This document shows, in pieces, positions 50,059-60,372 of a DNA stretch of 64,000 bases (position 1 is its first letter; every line of letters starts with the position of its first letter). Source of the DNA: a bacterium (lineage in GTDB: Bacteria; Patescibacteriota; Minisyncoccia; UBA6257; 02-FULL-45-10c); contig JAJYMK010000003.1 in assembly GCA_021786945.1 (NCBI GenBank), positions 37,105 to 101,104 of the forward strand, written 5' to 3'. Position numbers and translations under genes: made by a program. The notes beneath the pieces are model-generated. The model was not told where the DNA came from. It worked only from the letters and a program-made list of their open reading frames with translations, and made no database searches.

Positions 50059-50874
50059 ATGTCTCAATATTATAATCCCGGAAGAACAAAAAATATTTTT
50101 AATCCCGAAAGCGAAGAAGCTTTTAAGTTAAGCAGATCTAAAATTGAATTGTTTTTGAATTGTCCCAGGTGTTTTTACATGGACAGGAGATTGGGCATAG
50201 GCAGGCCGCCTGGTTTTCCTTTTAATCTTAACAGCGCAGTAGATTTTTTATTAAAAAAAGAATTTGATTTACACCGTGTAAGTGGCGAGGCTCATCCATT
50301 AATGAAGACATACGGCCTTGATTTGATTCCATTTAATCACGAAAAGATGGATGAATGGAGGGAAAATTTTAAGGGCGTTCAATATTTTCATGAGCCTTCT
50401 AATTTTATTTTAACCGGAGCGGTGGACGATCTTTGGGTTGATAAAAAGGGAGTGGTTTATGTTGTTGATTACAAATCAACCAGTAAAGACAGTGAGGTTA
50501 ATATAGACGCCGAATGGCAGGAGGGCTATAAAAATCAGATGGAATTTTATCAGTGGCTTTTAAGAAATAATGGTTTTAAGGTTTCGGATACGGGATATTT
50601 TGTTTATTGTAATGGCCGCAGGGATATGAAAGCTTTTGACGGCAAGTTGGAATTTGATGTAAAAATAATTCCTTATACTGGAAGCGATAGTTGGATAGAG
50701 GATACGATCATGGACGCCAAAAAATGTCTGTTATTGGACGATATCCCGGAAGCTGCGGCGGAATGTGATTATTGTAATTATAGATTTGCCGCTCAGGAGA
50801 AGGAGATAAAGCCGGATGCGCCATCTCGAAAAACAAAAACCAAAAAAGTAAAAACTCAGACAACTTTAATTTAA
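50059..50874 (+). CDS. PD-(D/E)XK nuclease superfamily protein with CxxC...CxxC (Cas4/RecB-like domain)
   Basis: D...(V)DYK(S) catalytic arrangement. N-terminal CPRC and C-terminal CDYC. Confidence 0.55.
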   Translation: MSQYYNPGRTKNIFNPESEEAFKLSRSKIELFLNCPRCFYMDRRLGIGRPPGFPFNLNSAVDFLLKKEFDLHRVSGEAHPLMKTYGLDLIPFNHEKMDEWRENFKGVQYFHEPSNFILTGAVDDLWVDKKGVVYVVDYKSTSKDSEVNIDAEWQEGYKNQMEFYQWLLRNNGFKVSDTGYFVYCNGRRDMKAFDGKLEFDVKIIPYTGSDSWIEDTIMDAKKCLLLDDIPEAAAECDYCNYRFAAQEKEIKPDAPSRKTKTKKVKTQTTLI

Positions 50875-50878
50875 AACT

Positions 50879-51556
50879 ATGAAGGCGATTTTATTTGGCA
50901 GGAATTTAGAGTTGATAAAACCTTTAATAAAAAAATCAGGTATTGAAATTGTTAAATCAAAGCCGGATTTTGTGATTAGTTATGGTGGTGACGGGACTTT
51001 AATGCAGTCTGAATATAAATTTCCCGGGATTCCAAAGATTATTTTAAAGGGTAGCTTAATTTGTAAAAAGGCTAGTAGTTTCACAAATGAAGAAGTTTTG
51101 AAGCGAATTAAAGAAAAGAAATACAAAATTAAAAATTATTTTAAACTTGAGGCGGAGGCCAATAAAAAGAAACTGCTGGCAGTAAACGATATAGTTGTTC
51201 ACAATAAAAACCCGAGACACGCAATTAGATATAGGGTCTGGATTGACGATAAAGAAATAGGCAAAGATGTTATTGGAGACGGTTTAGTTATTGCGACTCC
51301 TTTCGGATCGACCGGATATTACAGAAGTATCACCGACAGCTTTTTCGAATTGGGGATCGGCCTTGCTTTTAACAATAGCACCGAGCAGTTTGATCATATG
51401 GTTTTGGGCGAAGAACGAAACGTTAGAGTGAAAATAATACGTGGCCCAGCCGTGGTTTATGCGGACAATCAGGAGAATCATTTGGATTTATCCATTGATT
51501 CCGAGGTTGTAATAAAAAAGTCAAAAGAATTGATGAGGGTTGCCGAAGTTTTTTAG
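50879..51556 (+). CDS. nadK: NAD+ kinase (compact)
   Basis: GGDGTLM, NDIVV and GDGLVIATPFGSTGY. Confidence 0.85.
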   Translation: MKAILFGRNLELIKPLIKKSGIEIVKSKPDFVISYGGDGTLMQSEYKFPGIPKIILKGSLICKKASSFTNEEVLKRIKEKKYKIKNYFKLEAEANKKKLLAVNDIVVHNKNPRHAIRYRVWIDDKEIGKDVIGDGLVIATPFGSTGYYRSITDSFFELGIGLAFNNSTEQFDHMVLGEERNVRVKIIRGPAVVYADNQENHLDLSIDSEVVIKKSKELMRVAEVF

Positions 51557-51600
51557 AATAATTGTTATAATTAAATTATTAAAATTAAATCAATAAAATT

Positions 51601-51882
51601 ATGTTAAAAATTACGGGAAACGACATAAGGCGGGGCGGGGTGAAGGTGGGTTGGGTTGAAGGAAATGACATAAAAAATCATGAAGGCAGGAAGCTGGGTT
51701 ATTTTACCGACAATGATATTTATCGTGCGGATGGAGTAAAAATAGGATTTACCCAGGGAAATAACCTGTATTTTAATAGCGGTCGCACTATACATTTGGA
51801 CGATTTGAGACAGCAGCATGTTGTAGGCGGAACTATGCCAGATTTAATGAGGGCTGCCATTTTAATGCTTATTGGAGATTAA
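51601..51882 (+). CDS. Small repeat protein, unknown
   Basis: Four ~17-aa repeats: GNDI...G.K(V/I)G(W/Y/F)..GN(D/N)(I/L). Confidence 0.35.
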   Translation: MLKITGNDIRRGGVKVGWVEGNDIKNHEGRKLGYFTDNDIYRADGVKIGFTQGNNLYFNSGRTIHLDDLRQQHVVGGTMPDLMRAAILMLIGD

Positions 51883-51902
51883 AATTAAATTCTTGTATTA
51901 AT

Positions 51903-52493
51903 ATGAAATATGAAATAAAAAATTTCGATAGCCTGATTGGTTTGTATGGTTTTTCCGACAATCTTTTAAAAAACCATTTTGCTCTTTATCAGGGCTATGT
52001 TAATAATTTCAATAAACTTAATGATATTCTGATTGATTTGGAAAAATCGGATAAATTCGCAACGCCTGAATATTCGGAATTAAATAGGAGGTTTGGCTGG
52101 GAATTTAACGGAATGAGGCTTCATGAATATTATTTTGAGAATTTATCAAAACAGCCAACGGAATATGATGATAATTCAGAATTGGCAAAATTAATTGTTT
52201 CGGAATTTGGATCTTTCGATTTGTTTCTTAAAGATTTTAAAGCAATGGCTGCTATGCGAGGAATAGGATGGATAGTTTTGTATTTCGATCGGGAGGCGCA
52301 AAGAATTTTTAATGTTTGGATAAATGAGCATGATACCGGGCATTTTGCCGGTTGCACTCCGCTTTTGGTTATGGACGTTTTTGAGCATGCATATATGTTG
52401 GATTACGGTCTCAAAAAAGCCGATTATATTGAGGCTTTTGTTAAGGCAATAAATTGGAGAATCGTTGAGGAGAGGTTATTAAAAAATAAATAA
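51903..52493 (+). CDS. Fe/Mn superoxide dismutase family protein
   Basis: C-terminal GIGW...DVFEHAYMLDY...INW and a central LHEYYF. Confidence 0.7.
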   Translation: MKYEIKNFDSLIGLYGFSDNLLKNHFALYQGYVNNFNKLNDILIDLEKSDKFATPEYSELNRRFGWEFNGMRLHEYYFENLSKQPTEYDDNSELAKLIVSEFGSFDLFLKDFKAMAAMRGIGWIVLYFDREAQRIFNVWINEHDTGHFAGCTPLLVMDVFEHAYMLDYGLKKADYIEAFVKAINWRIVEERLLKNK

Positions 52494-52496
52494 AAC

Positions 52497-52748
52497 ATGT
52501 TTGATAAATTTAAACAATTAGCCCAGCTTAAAGGATTACAGAATGAAATAGCAAAAGAAAATTTTTCCGCGGAAATTGACGGTGTAAGAGTCGTGGTAAA
52601 TGGCGCAATGTCCGTTGAAGAAATTGTTTTAAATCAATCTTTAGACATTGAACGACAGGCCGAAGTTGTAAAAAAATGCGTTAACGAGGCTATGAAAAAA
52701 GCCCAGGTCGGCGCCGCCAAAAAATTGGCGGGAATGAACTTGTTTTAA
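52497..52748 (+). CDS. YbaB/EbfC family nucleoid-associated protein
   Basis: ~83 aa with the YbaB pattern (LAQLKGLQNEIAKE...VNGAMSVEEI). Confidence 0.6.
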   Translation: MFDKFKQLAQLKGLQNEIAKENFSAEIDGVRVVVNGAMSVEEIVLNQSLDIERQAEVVKKCVNEAMKKAQVGAAKKLAGMNLF

Positions 52749-52765
52749 CAAATAGCCGATTTTGC

Positions 52766-53341
52766 ATGAGCTCGATTATTTTAGGCGTAATTTCAAGTTT
52801 GGGTGCGTGGAATTATATAATAATTTTTTTAGCCATGATTATTGAGGGCGATCCTTTTTTGTTTTCTGCCTTTTTTCTTGCTCATGAAGGGGTGTTAAGA
52901 ATTTCCACTTTGTCCGTCGTTGTTTTTTTGGGGGTATTGATAGGTGATTTATTGTGGTATTGGCTTGGGATAAAAATAGATAAACACAGTTCCCGAAAAT
53001 TAGTGGACTGGGCCGAAAGAATAGCGGCTCCTTTCGACGGTCATCTTATATCCAGGACTTTCCATACGATTTTTATATCGAAGTTTACTTACGGTACTTA
53101 TCATGCAATATTGGTTCGCGCCGGTATGCTTAGATTTCCAATAAGAAGATTCATAGGATATGATGCCGTTTCGACTGTGGTATGGATGATTGTTGTTGGA
53201 GGATTAGGATATTTTTCAAGCTATTCTTTTTCTCTTATAAAGCATTATATGAAAATTGCTGAAGTCGGATTACTTATTGGTATCCTGTTTTTTATATTTT
53301 TGTCGAAGTATATTTCGAAGCGTTCAAGACAGATTTTATAA
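52766..53341 (+). CDS. DedA/SNARE-associated family membrane protein
   Basis: DedA-like TM pattern. Confidence 0.55.
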   Translation: MSSIILGVISSLGAWNYIIIFLAMIIEGDPFLFSAFFLAHEGVLRISTLSVVVFLGVLIGDLLWYWLGIKIDKHSSRKLVDWAERIAAPFDGHLISRTFHTIFISKFTYGTYHAILVRAGMLRFPIRRFIGYDAVSTVVWMIVVGGLGYFSSYSFSLIKHYMKIAEVGLLIGILFFIFLSKYISKRSRQIL

Positions 53342-53350
53342 TTTAAAAAC

Positions 53351-53791
53351 ATGAAAGTATTTACCAGCGCTTTTAAAAACAATGAAAAAATTCCGGCTAA
53401 ATTTACCTGCGATGGGGAAGATATAAATCCGGAAATTTTCATAGAAGACGTCTCAAAAGAAGCAAGAAGCTTGGTTTTAATAGTGGACGACCCAGATTCG
53501 CCGAGTGGAAATTGGAGTCACTGCGTTATTTGGAATATCGATCCCAAAATCAGCCTTATCAAGCAAGGTGAGCTACCTGCAGGTTCGAATAGCGGAGTAA
53601 ATGATTTCGGAAAAAGAGGTTATGGGGGACCATGCCCCTCTAGGGGCGAGCATAGGTATTTTTTTAAAATTTTTGCTTTGAGTGAGAAATTATTCATTCC
53701 GGATGGATCTACCAAAAACGATGTCGAGTCCGCCATGAAAGATTTGATTTTGGAAAAAAGTGAATTTGTCGGACTTTATTCAAGGTTATAA
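53351..53791 (+). CDS. PEBP/YbhB-YbcL family protein
   Basis: LVLIVDDPDSPSG...W.HCVIWNI...GYGGPCP..GEHRYFFKIFAL. Confidence 0.85.
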   Translation: MKVFTSAFKNNEKIPAKFTCDGEDINPEIFIEDVSKEARSLVLIVDDPDSPSGNWSHCVIWNIDPKISLIKQGELPAGSNSGVNDFGKRGYGGPCPSRGEHRYFFKIFALSEKLFIPDGSTKNDVESAMKDLILEKSEFVGLYSRL

Positions 53792-53796
53792 TTAAA

Positions 53797-54912
53797 TTGA
53801 TGGCACAAATTTTATTTTTAAGTCTTTTTTTACTGGTAATTTTCGGCAGCCATTTTTTTATTTTTAAATCAATTTCCTTTTTTATTGGTATTTTTGGGGT
53901 TTATAGGCTTTGGTTTGCGGCGGTCCTTATAGCGCTGCCTCTTTTATTCGTTATTTCTTCGGTTTTGGCTCATTATTTTTTTAATTATTTTTTCCGGGCT
54001 TTTTATTTTATTTCCGGCCTTTGGCTGGCGCTAGCTCTTAATTTAATTGTTGCACTTACGGCTATTTGGATTTTATTTGGGCTATCCAAATACTTTAATT
54101 TAAATATTGATTTTAAAATTTTAGGATGGATCGGAATTATTTGCTCGGTCTTATTTGTACTGTATGGAATTTGGCATGCGTATGACCTAAAAATTAAAAA
54201 TATTACAGTTGGTATAAAAGATCTGCCTGAGGAATGGTACGGTAAAAAAGCTGTGCAAATTTCCGATGTTCACTTGGGTTATGTATACGGAAAAGATTAT
54301 CTGCAATCCTTAGTAGATAAAGTAAATAGATTAAATCCCGATATCGTTTTTATAACAGGAGATTTATTAGACGGTATGGACGGCCATTTGGAAGAGCTGG
54401 TTGCTCCGCTTAATGGACTGCATCCGGTTTGGGGAACTTATTTTGTTACCGGTAATCATGAAACTTATCTGGGAGTCGATAAAGCTTTTAATGCATTGAG
54501 CAAGACAAATGTAAAAATTTTAAATGATAAACTGGAATTTATTAATGGCATGCAATTGGTGGGACTATCTTTTCCTTCCGGAGAAATAAGGGAGAGCCGG
54601 GATTTTTCTTTGGTTTTGCCCTCTCTTGGTTTTACTTCTTCCAAGCCGAGCATTTTGCTTTATCATGCGCCAATGGGTGTGGAAAAGGCGAAAGGGGCGG
54701 GGGTAAATCTGTTTTTGGCCGGACACACGCATGTTGGCCAGCTTTTCCCACTGGGTTTTATAACAAAAATAATATATGCGGGATATGACTATGGCTTTCA
54801 CCAAGATGGGGATTTTTCAATTTATACTTCAAGCGGCGCAGGTACTTGGGGGCCTACGGCTAGAACATCAAAAGACTCAGAAATAACTTTAATTAATTTT
54901 GAATCAAAATAA
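53797..54912 (+). CDS. Membrane-anchored calcineurin-like metallophosphoesterase
   Basis: Four N-terminal TM helices, then D.H...GDLLDG...GNHE...GHTH motifs. The likely start is the ATG at 53800, 7 nt after a TATAAT. Confidence 0.8.
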   Translation: MMAQILFLSLFLLVIFGSHFFIFKSISFFIGIFGVYRLWFAAVLIALPLLFVISSVLAHYFFNYFFRAFYFISGLWLALALNLIVALTAIWILFGLSKYFNLNIDFKILGWIGIICSVLFVLYGIWHAYDLKIKNITVGIKDLPEEWYGKKAVQISDVHLGYVYGKDYLQSLVDKVNRLNPDIVFITGDLLDGMDGHLEELVAPLNGLHPVWGTYFVTGNHETYLGVDKAFNALSKTNVKILNDKLEFINGMQLVGLSFPSGEIRESRDFSLVLPSLGFTSSKPSILLYHAPMGVEKAKGAGVNLFLAGHTHVGQLFPLGFITKIIYAGYDYGFHQDGDFSIYTSSGAGTWGPTARTSKDSEITLINFESK

Positions 54913-54915
54913 ATT

Positions 54916-55380
54916 ATGAAACTTAATTATATAATCATTCCTTTATTAGTATTATTTGTTTCTTTTTTGGGCGGCAGAATAACTTCTGGTGGTATGGACT
55001 GGTATAAAACAATAAAAATTCCCTCATGGACGCCGGGCGGCTCGGTCATAGGAATGGTTTGGGCCTTTATCTTTATTCTTTGTGCAATTTCCGTTATTTT
55101 TGTTTGGAATTCCGGGAATAAATCCGATAATTTTTACTGGATTATTGGACTTTTTATTTTAAACGCCTTATTGAATATTTTTTGGAGCTATCTTTTTTTT
55201 GGAATTCATTCCATGGGATGGGCGGCTTTAGAGGCGGGAGTTTTGGGCGCTTCGGTTTTGGTTTTGATAATCCTTATATGGACATTAAATAGATTAGCCG
55301 GATCTTTATTAATTCCTTATGTTTTATGGGTAAGTTTCGCCACTTATCTTACATATAATATATGGATATTAAATAAATAA
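54916..55380 (+). CDS. tspO: TspO/MBR tryptophan-rich sensory protein
   Basis: 5-TM protein with WYKTIKIPSWTPGGSVIGMVW. Confidence 0.8.
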   Translation: MKLNYIIIPLLVLFVSFLGGRITSGGMDWYKTIKIPSWTPGGSVIGMVWAFIFILCAISVIFVWNSGNKSDNFYWIIGLFILNALLNIFWSYLFFGIHSMGWAALEAGVLGASVLVLIILIWTLNRLAGSLLIPYVLWVSFATYLTYNIWILNK

Positions 55381-55382
55381 TT

Positions 55383-57266
55383 ATGAAAAATTATTTACCA
55401 GGCAAATCAAATTATTTCTTGGATTGGAGAATTATTTTTGATATCGTTCTGATTGTTTTTTTGGTCGCCGGACTTTTGGCTAGCCTTTTTAATTTACTGA
55501 ATGATTCTTTTATAAATTCCGCATTAAGAATAATTTCGTTGATAGGTTTTCTGCCTGTTATAGTAAGTGTTTATTTTTCTATAATCAAAAAAACAATTAG
55601 CGTTGATCTCCTGGCTGCCATTGCCTTGTTTTTTACTTTTTTGAAGGGTGAGTGGGTATCAGCTGCTTTTATAAACTTAATGCTTGCATCTGCCAGGCTT
55701 TTCGATAGATTCGTGGCCACAAGAACAAAGAATATAATAAACCAACTCCTCAAACTCAGACCGGATAAGGTTAGGGTAAAAACAGGTGATATTGTAAGTG
55801 AAATACCTATTGAAAAAGTAAAAATAGGCGATTTGGTAATTGTTGCGGCTGGAAGCAGAATTCCTGTTGATGGCGTTGTAGTTTCCGGACAGGCAAGTAT
55901 AGACGAATCGGCTATGACCGGCGAGAGTGAACCAGTGGTCAGAAGGGTTGGTGATAAGGTTCTAAGCTCTACTTTCAATGAATTTGGATCTTTGGTTGTT
56001 AGGGTAGAAAAGATTGGAGAAGACACTACTTTCGCAAAGATTGTGGGGTTGGTTGAAGAAGCGAGCAGATCGAAAACTAAAACCGAAAAAATAGCCGACA
56101 GATTTAGCGCCTGGTACATCGTTTTAACAATCGTGGGTTCGATTATTATTTATTTAATTTCTCACAATTCTAATCTGGTTTTAAGTATTCTGCTTATTAC
56201 TTGTGCAGATGATATTGCAGTGGCTATTCCATTGGGTTTCACAATTGTTATATCAAAAGCCGCCAAACACGGTATTTTAATTAAGGGCGCCGATATTATT
56301 GAACGTTTAAATAAGGTTAATGTTTTTTTAACAGATAAGACTGGTACTCTAACCAAAGGAGATGCAAGGGTTGTAAGCACGTCTTTTTTTGATATTGATA
56401 AGAAAAAATTTTTGGAAATTGCCGGAATTTGCGCTATTAACTCCAATCATCCCACGAGCCTTTCTATAATTGATCATTTAAAAAAAGAAAATATAGATAT
56501 CGTTGCTCCGGACGAGTTTGATGAGATGCCCGGAGACGGAATTGCTATAAAAAAGGGAGGTGACAGGTATTTTTCCGGAAAAATTAATTTTTTGGAAAAA
56601 AATGGAGTTATCCTCTCTAAAGAGCAGAGAGATCTCGTAGATAAAAAGAAAGCCGAGGGTGAAAGTATTGTTGCTATAGGCGCAAACGGAAAATTAATAG
56701 GATTTTTTAGTTTTGAAGATGAAATTCGGGCAAACGCAAAACATCTTATTACTCAAACCAAGTCTTTGGGTATAAAACGCTGGATTATGATGACGGGCGA
56801 TAATGAAAATGTGGCTAGAAGGGTGGCTAATCAGCTGGGTATCGATGAATATATTTCCAATATGAAGCCGGAGGATAAATTGGCCACTGTTAAAAAAATT
56901 AAGCATAAAGATAAGCACTTGGCTATGATTGGTGATGGCGTAAACGATGCAGCGGCCCTGGCTTTAGCTGACGTGAGTGTGGCTATGGGCGTAAAGGGTT
57001 CGGATGCCGCTATTGAAGCCGCTGATATTGCTTTAATGCACGATGATTTAGGAAAAATCCCTGAAGCCATTAAGTTGAGCCGGGAAGCTATTCTTATAGT
57101 AAAAGAAAATTTTATTATTTGGGCGATTTCCAACATTGCTGGATTAGTTTTGGTATTCAATGGCATTGTCGGCCCTGATGGTGCTGCGGCCTATAATTTT
57201 ATAACTGACTTTTTCCCGATTTTTAACGTATTCAGGATATTTAAGGCGAAGGCATTCAAAATTTAA
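55383..57266 (+). CDS. P-type cation-transporting ATPase (P1B-like core, atypical TM6 motif TCADD instead of CPC)
   Basis: TGES, DKTGTLT and GDGVNDAAALA motifs. No N-terminal metal-binding domain. Confidence 0.8.
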   Translation: MKNYLPGKSNYFLDWRIIFDIVLIVFLVAGLLASLFNLLNDSFINSALRIISLIGFLPVIVSVYFSIIKKTISVDLLAAIALFFTFLKGEWVSAAFINLMLASARLFDRFVATRTKNIINQLLKLRPDKVRVKTGDIVSEIPIEKVKIGDLVIVAAGSRIPVDGVVVSGQASIDESAMTGESEPVVRRVGDKVLSSTFNEFGSLVVRVEKIGEDTTFAKIVGLVEEASRSKTKTEKIADRFSAWYIVLTIVGSIIIYLISHNSNLVLSILLITCADDIAVAIPLGFTIVISKAAKHGILIKGADIIERLNKVNVFLTDKTGTLTKGDARVVSTSFFDIDKKKFLEIAGICAINSNHPTSLSIIDHLKKENIDIVAPDEFDEMPGDGIAIKKGGDRYFSGKINFLEKNGVILSKEQRDLVDKKKAEGESIVAIGANGKLIGFFSFEDEIRANAKHLITQTKSLGIKRWIMMTGDNENVARRVANQLGIDEYISNMKPEDKLATVKKIKHKDKHLAMIGDGVNDAAALALADVSVAMGVKGSDAAIEAADIALMHDDLGKIPEAIKLSREAILIVKENFIIWAISNIAGLVLVFNGIVGPDGAAAYNFITDFFPIFNVFRIFKAKAFKI

Positions 57267-57269
57267 AAT

Positions 57270-57278
57270 TGTTATAAT
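57270..57278 (+). promoter_or_regulatory. Extended -10 TGTTATAAT, 7 nt upstream of the ATG at 57286 (leaderless-type promoter)
   Basis: Same TTGTTATAATTAAATTAAT motif as at 13536. Confidence 0.5.
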
Positions 57279-57285
57279 TAAATTA

Positions 57286-58158
57286 ATGGATAAGGATTTG
57301 GAAAATAAAATTGATTTTAACAAATACATCGAGTATCTCCCGGATTTTATTTTTGTTTATGATTTTACCGGTAGAATTATATATGTTAATGATTCGGCCT
57401 GTAATGCATTTGGTTATTCTAAAGATGAAATTTTAAATAAAAAGATAACTGAGTTAGATACCGCAGAAAATGCAAGGTCGTTTGAATTGAGAATCAAAGA
57501 GCTTTCCCAAAAAGATAGCTTAAATTTTGAAACCGCACGAGTTAAAAAAGATGGAGGTATTATTTATTTGGATGCTGTTTTAAAAGTCATTAAAATTGAT
57601 GGTTTTAAATACGTATTGAGTATTGACCGAGATATAAGCGAAAGAAAAAGATATGAAGAAGTTTTTAAGGAGACCGAGGAAAAATTCAGGAAAGTTACCG
57701 AATCTTTATTTGATCCTTTAGTAATAATGGATGATAAAGGAATTATAACTTTTTGGAATACTGCAGCTGAAAAATTTTTTGGATACAGCGCTGAGGAGGT
57801 TTTAGGAGAAAATTTACACAAATTGTTGAATCCGGGAAAATACGACGTTGAACATTCATTGGCGCTTAGTAATTTCATGAAGACTGGACAGAGCCCGATT
57901 TTAAATAACGCTGTTGAACTTTCGGTAAAAGATAAATATGGCAATATCGTTCCCGTTGAACTTTCCGCCAGTCCTTTAATTTTAGGAAAAAAGATATACG
58001 CTGTTGGATCCCTAAGAGATTTAAGGGAGAAGAAAAAAAAGAAAGAAGAAATTGAAGACAAGATGTTGCAATTAGAGAGGTTTAATAAATTAATGATAGA
58101 CAGAGAGCTTAAAATGATTGAATTGAAGGAGGAGTTAAAAAAATATAAAAAAGAATAG
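57286..58158 (+). CDS. Tandem-PAS sensor protein without an output domain
   Basis: Two PAS domains and a C-terminal coiled coil LERFNKLMIDRELKMIELKEEL, shared with the 28633 protein. Confidence 0.7.
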   Translation: MDKDLENKIDFNKYIEYLPDFIFVYDFTGRIIYVNDSACNAFGYSKDEILNKKITELDTAENARSFELRIKELSQKDSLNFETARVKKDGGIIYLDAVLKVIKIDGFKYVLSIDRDISERKRYEEVFKETEEKFRKVTESLFDPLVIMDDKGIITFWNTAAEKFFGYSAEEVLGENLHKLLNPGKYDVEHSLALSNFMKTGQSPILNNAVELSVKDKYGNIVPVELSASPLILGKKIYAVGSLRDLREKKKKKEEIEDKMLQLERFNKLMIDRELKMIELKEELKKYKKE

Positions 58159-58160
58159 CA

Positions 58161-60368
58161 ATGTCTATAAGAAAAAAAATTTTATTATTTTCTTCTTTGT
58201 TTGTATCAATTTTTATAATTGTTGTAATTAGTACAGTTGAATTTAATATTTGGAAAAGTTTTTCTAATTTGGAAAATTTATCTGTAAGTAAGGCGATGGA
58301 CAGATCAATTGTTGGATTAGATTCAGCTATAGATGGCATTAATACTTCTTCTAAAGATTGGGCAGAATGGACAGATACTTATAATTACATTTTGGGTGAT
58401 TTCCCCGATTTTATAAAAATAAATATTTCTGAAAATCAATTTGCCTCCCTGGGGGTGAATTATATGATTTTTTTGGATAATTCCAATAAAGTTGTTTATT
58501 TCAGATATTTTGATTTAAAAAATAATAAATTTCTCCCCCCCCCAGATCAATTTATACCGGAAATTTTAAGTTCTTCATTTTTTTCTAAATCCGAAATTAC
58601 AAGCGGAATATTTTGTACAGAAAGTTTTAAGCCTACGATTTTAGCTGTTAGGCCGATTTTAAAAACAGATGGATCGGGACCGGTTGCCGGAAAACTTATT
58701 TTTGGAAGAATTATTGATGATGAAATTATTAAAAAGGTTAGCAATATTACTTCTTTCGACTTCGGTTTATTTAGGGCGTCGGATTTAAATAATCCCATTT
58801 TTTCTAAGGCTGCGATAGATTTTCTTTCGAATAATAGCGGTATTTATATGGATAAGAGTAATAGCGCTGTTATTTATGCATATCAGCTTTTTCCCGGAGA
58901 TTTGGATACCGATAATGATCTTGTTATAAAAATTTCAGTTTTGAGAGATGTTTATAAAGAAGGCGTTGTTGTTTCCTGGAGTCTTGTTGTTAGTTTAATC
59001 TTAGCTGCCATTTTTAATATAATAGCCTTTATTTACTTACTTAATATTCTAGTTGTTAAAAAAATAACACTTTTAGTTAAAAAAATTTCCGAAGTAGAAA
59101 CGGGCAGGGCCAATGTTAACGATTTGTATTTGCCGGGTAAGGACGAGGTTTCTTTTTTGTCGGAAAAATTAAAAAATGCTTTAAATGATGTTATTAAATC
59201 AAGAGAGGGTGTTAATTTAAGAAATGAGGAATTGGAAAAATCACAAAAAGCTATATTGAACGTATTGGAAGATGTCGAATTTGAAAAAAATAAATCAGAA
59301 AATTTAATAAAAGAACTTCAGAAGTTTAAACTTGCCGTAGAAAATGCTTCCGATCATATCGTGATTACCGATGCCAATGGAATTGTATTGTTTGCGAATA
59401 AAGGAGTGGAAAATATTACAGGTTATAAAATAGATGAGGTGGTTGGTAAAAAAACTTCTTTATGGGGAAAGCAAATGCCTAAAGAATTTTATGAAAATCT
59501 TTGGAAAATAATTAAAGAAAATAAGCAGAATTTTACCGGTGAAATAAAAAACAGGAGGAAGAATGGGGAAATTTATATAGCTGAAGCTAATATTAGCCCT
59601 ATCTTGAATAGCAGGGGTGAAGTTGCTTTCTTTGTCGGAATCGAAAGGGATATCACAAAAATTAAAGAGATTAATGATGCCAAGACGGAATTTGTCTCGG
59701 TAGCTTCGCACCAATTAAGAACTCCTTTAACCGGCATTAAATGGTTAACCGAAATTTTATTAAAAAATAGGGAGCATAATTTAACCGAAAAACAAATTAA
59801 TACCTTAAATGATATCAATATTAGCAATGACAGGGTAATTAATTTGGTAAACGATTTACTTAGCGTTTCCAGGATTGAGGGGGGTCGTCTTCAGGAATTA
59901 AATTTGAAAGCCGTAAATATGTCTAATTTAATCGGTGACTTATTGAAAGAGCTTAAGTCGGTTGCCGAAAATAAAGGGGCGGCTTTGAGCTCGGTTGTGG
60001 CCCTGCCTAAGGAATTTACATTGAATATAGACGAAGAAAAAATCCGCCAATCGATGAATAATTTGATTAGTAACGCCATAAAATATTCTAAGCCATCCGG
60101 GGGCAAAGTTGATGTTTTGGCTGAAGTCAGAAATAACGAATTCATTTTTTCGGTTAAGGATAATGGTATAGGAATTGCATTGAAGGATCAAAGAAGGATA
60201 TTTGAAAAGTTTTACCGAGCCGACAATGCCCGTCTTAGTCAAACCGAAGGAACCGGGCTTGGTTTGTTTATAGTAAAATCATATATAGAAAGTCATGGAG
60301 GAAGAATTTGGTTTGAGTCGAAAGAGGGCGAGGGTTCAAATTTCTCTTTTGCTTTAAAAATAAATTAA
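58161..60368 (+). CDS. Sensor histidine kinase (TM, extracytoplasmic domain, TM, HAMP, PAS, HisKA, HATPase_c)
   Basis: H-box FVSVASHQLRTPLTGI. N, G1 and G2 boxes (NLISNAIKYS, DNGIGI, GTGLGL). Confidence 0.88.
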   Translation: MSIRKKILLFSSLFVSIFIIVVISTVEFNIWKSFSNLENLSVSKAMDRSIVGLDSAIDGINTSSKDWAEWTDTYNYILGDFPDFIKINISENQFASLGVNYMIFLDNSNKVVYFRYFDLKNNKFLPPPDQFIPEILSSSFFSKSEITSGIFCTESFKPTILAVRPILKTDGSGPVAGKLIFGRIIDDEIIKKVSNITSFDFGLFRASDLNNPIFSKAAIDFLSNNSGIYMDKSNSAVIYAYQLFPGDLDTDNDLVIKISVLRDVYKEGVVVSWSLVVSLILAAIFNIIAFIYLLNILVVKKITLLVKKISEVETGRANVNDLYLPGKDEVSFLSEKLKNALNDVIKSREGVNLRNEELEKSQKAILNVLEDVEFEKNKSENLIKELQKFKLAVENASDHIVITDANGIVLFANKGVENITGYKIDEVVGKKTSLWGKQMPKEFYENLWKIIKENKQNFTGEIKNRRKNGEIYIAEANISPILNSRGEVAFFVGIERDITKIKEINDAKTEFVSVASHQLRTPLTGIKWLTEILLKNREHNLTEKQINTLNDINISNDRVINLVNDLLSVSRIEGGRLQELNLKAVNMSNLIGDLLKELKSVAENKGAALSSVVALPKEFTLNIDEEKIRQSMNNLISNAIKYSKPSGGKVDVLAEVRNNEFIFSVKDNGIGIALKDQRRIFEKFYRADNARLSQTEGTGLGLFIVKSYIESHGGRIWFESKEGEGSNFSFALKIN

Positions 60369-60372
60369 TAAA

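Noticed and set aside
51903-52493. Possible loss of metal ligands in the SOD-like protein
   Set aside because: On realignment His73, Asp156 and His160 are conserved (RLHEYYF, DVFEHAYMLDY), and a His (KNHF) sits one residue off the His26 position. It is probably a functional Fe/Mn SOD with a divergent N-terminal helix.
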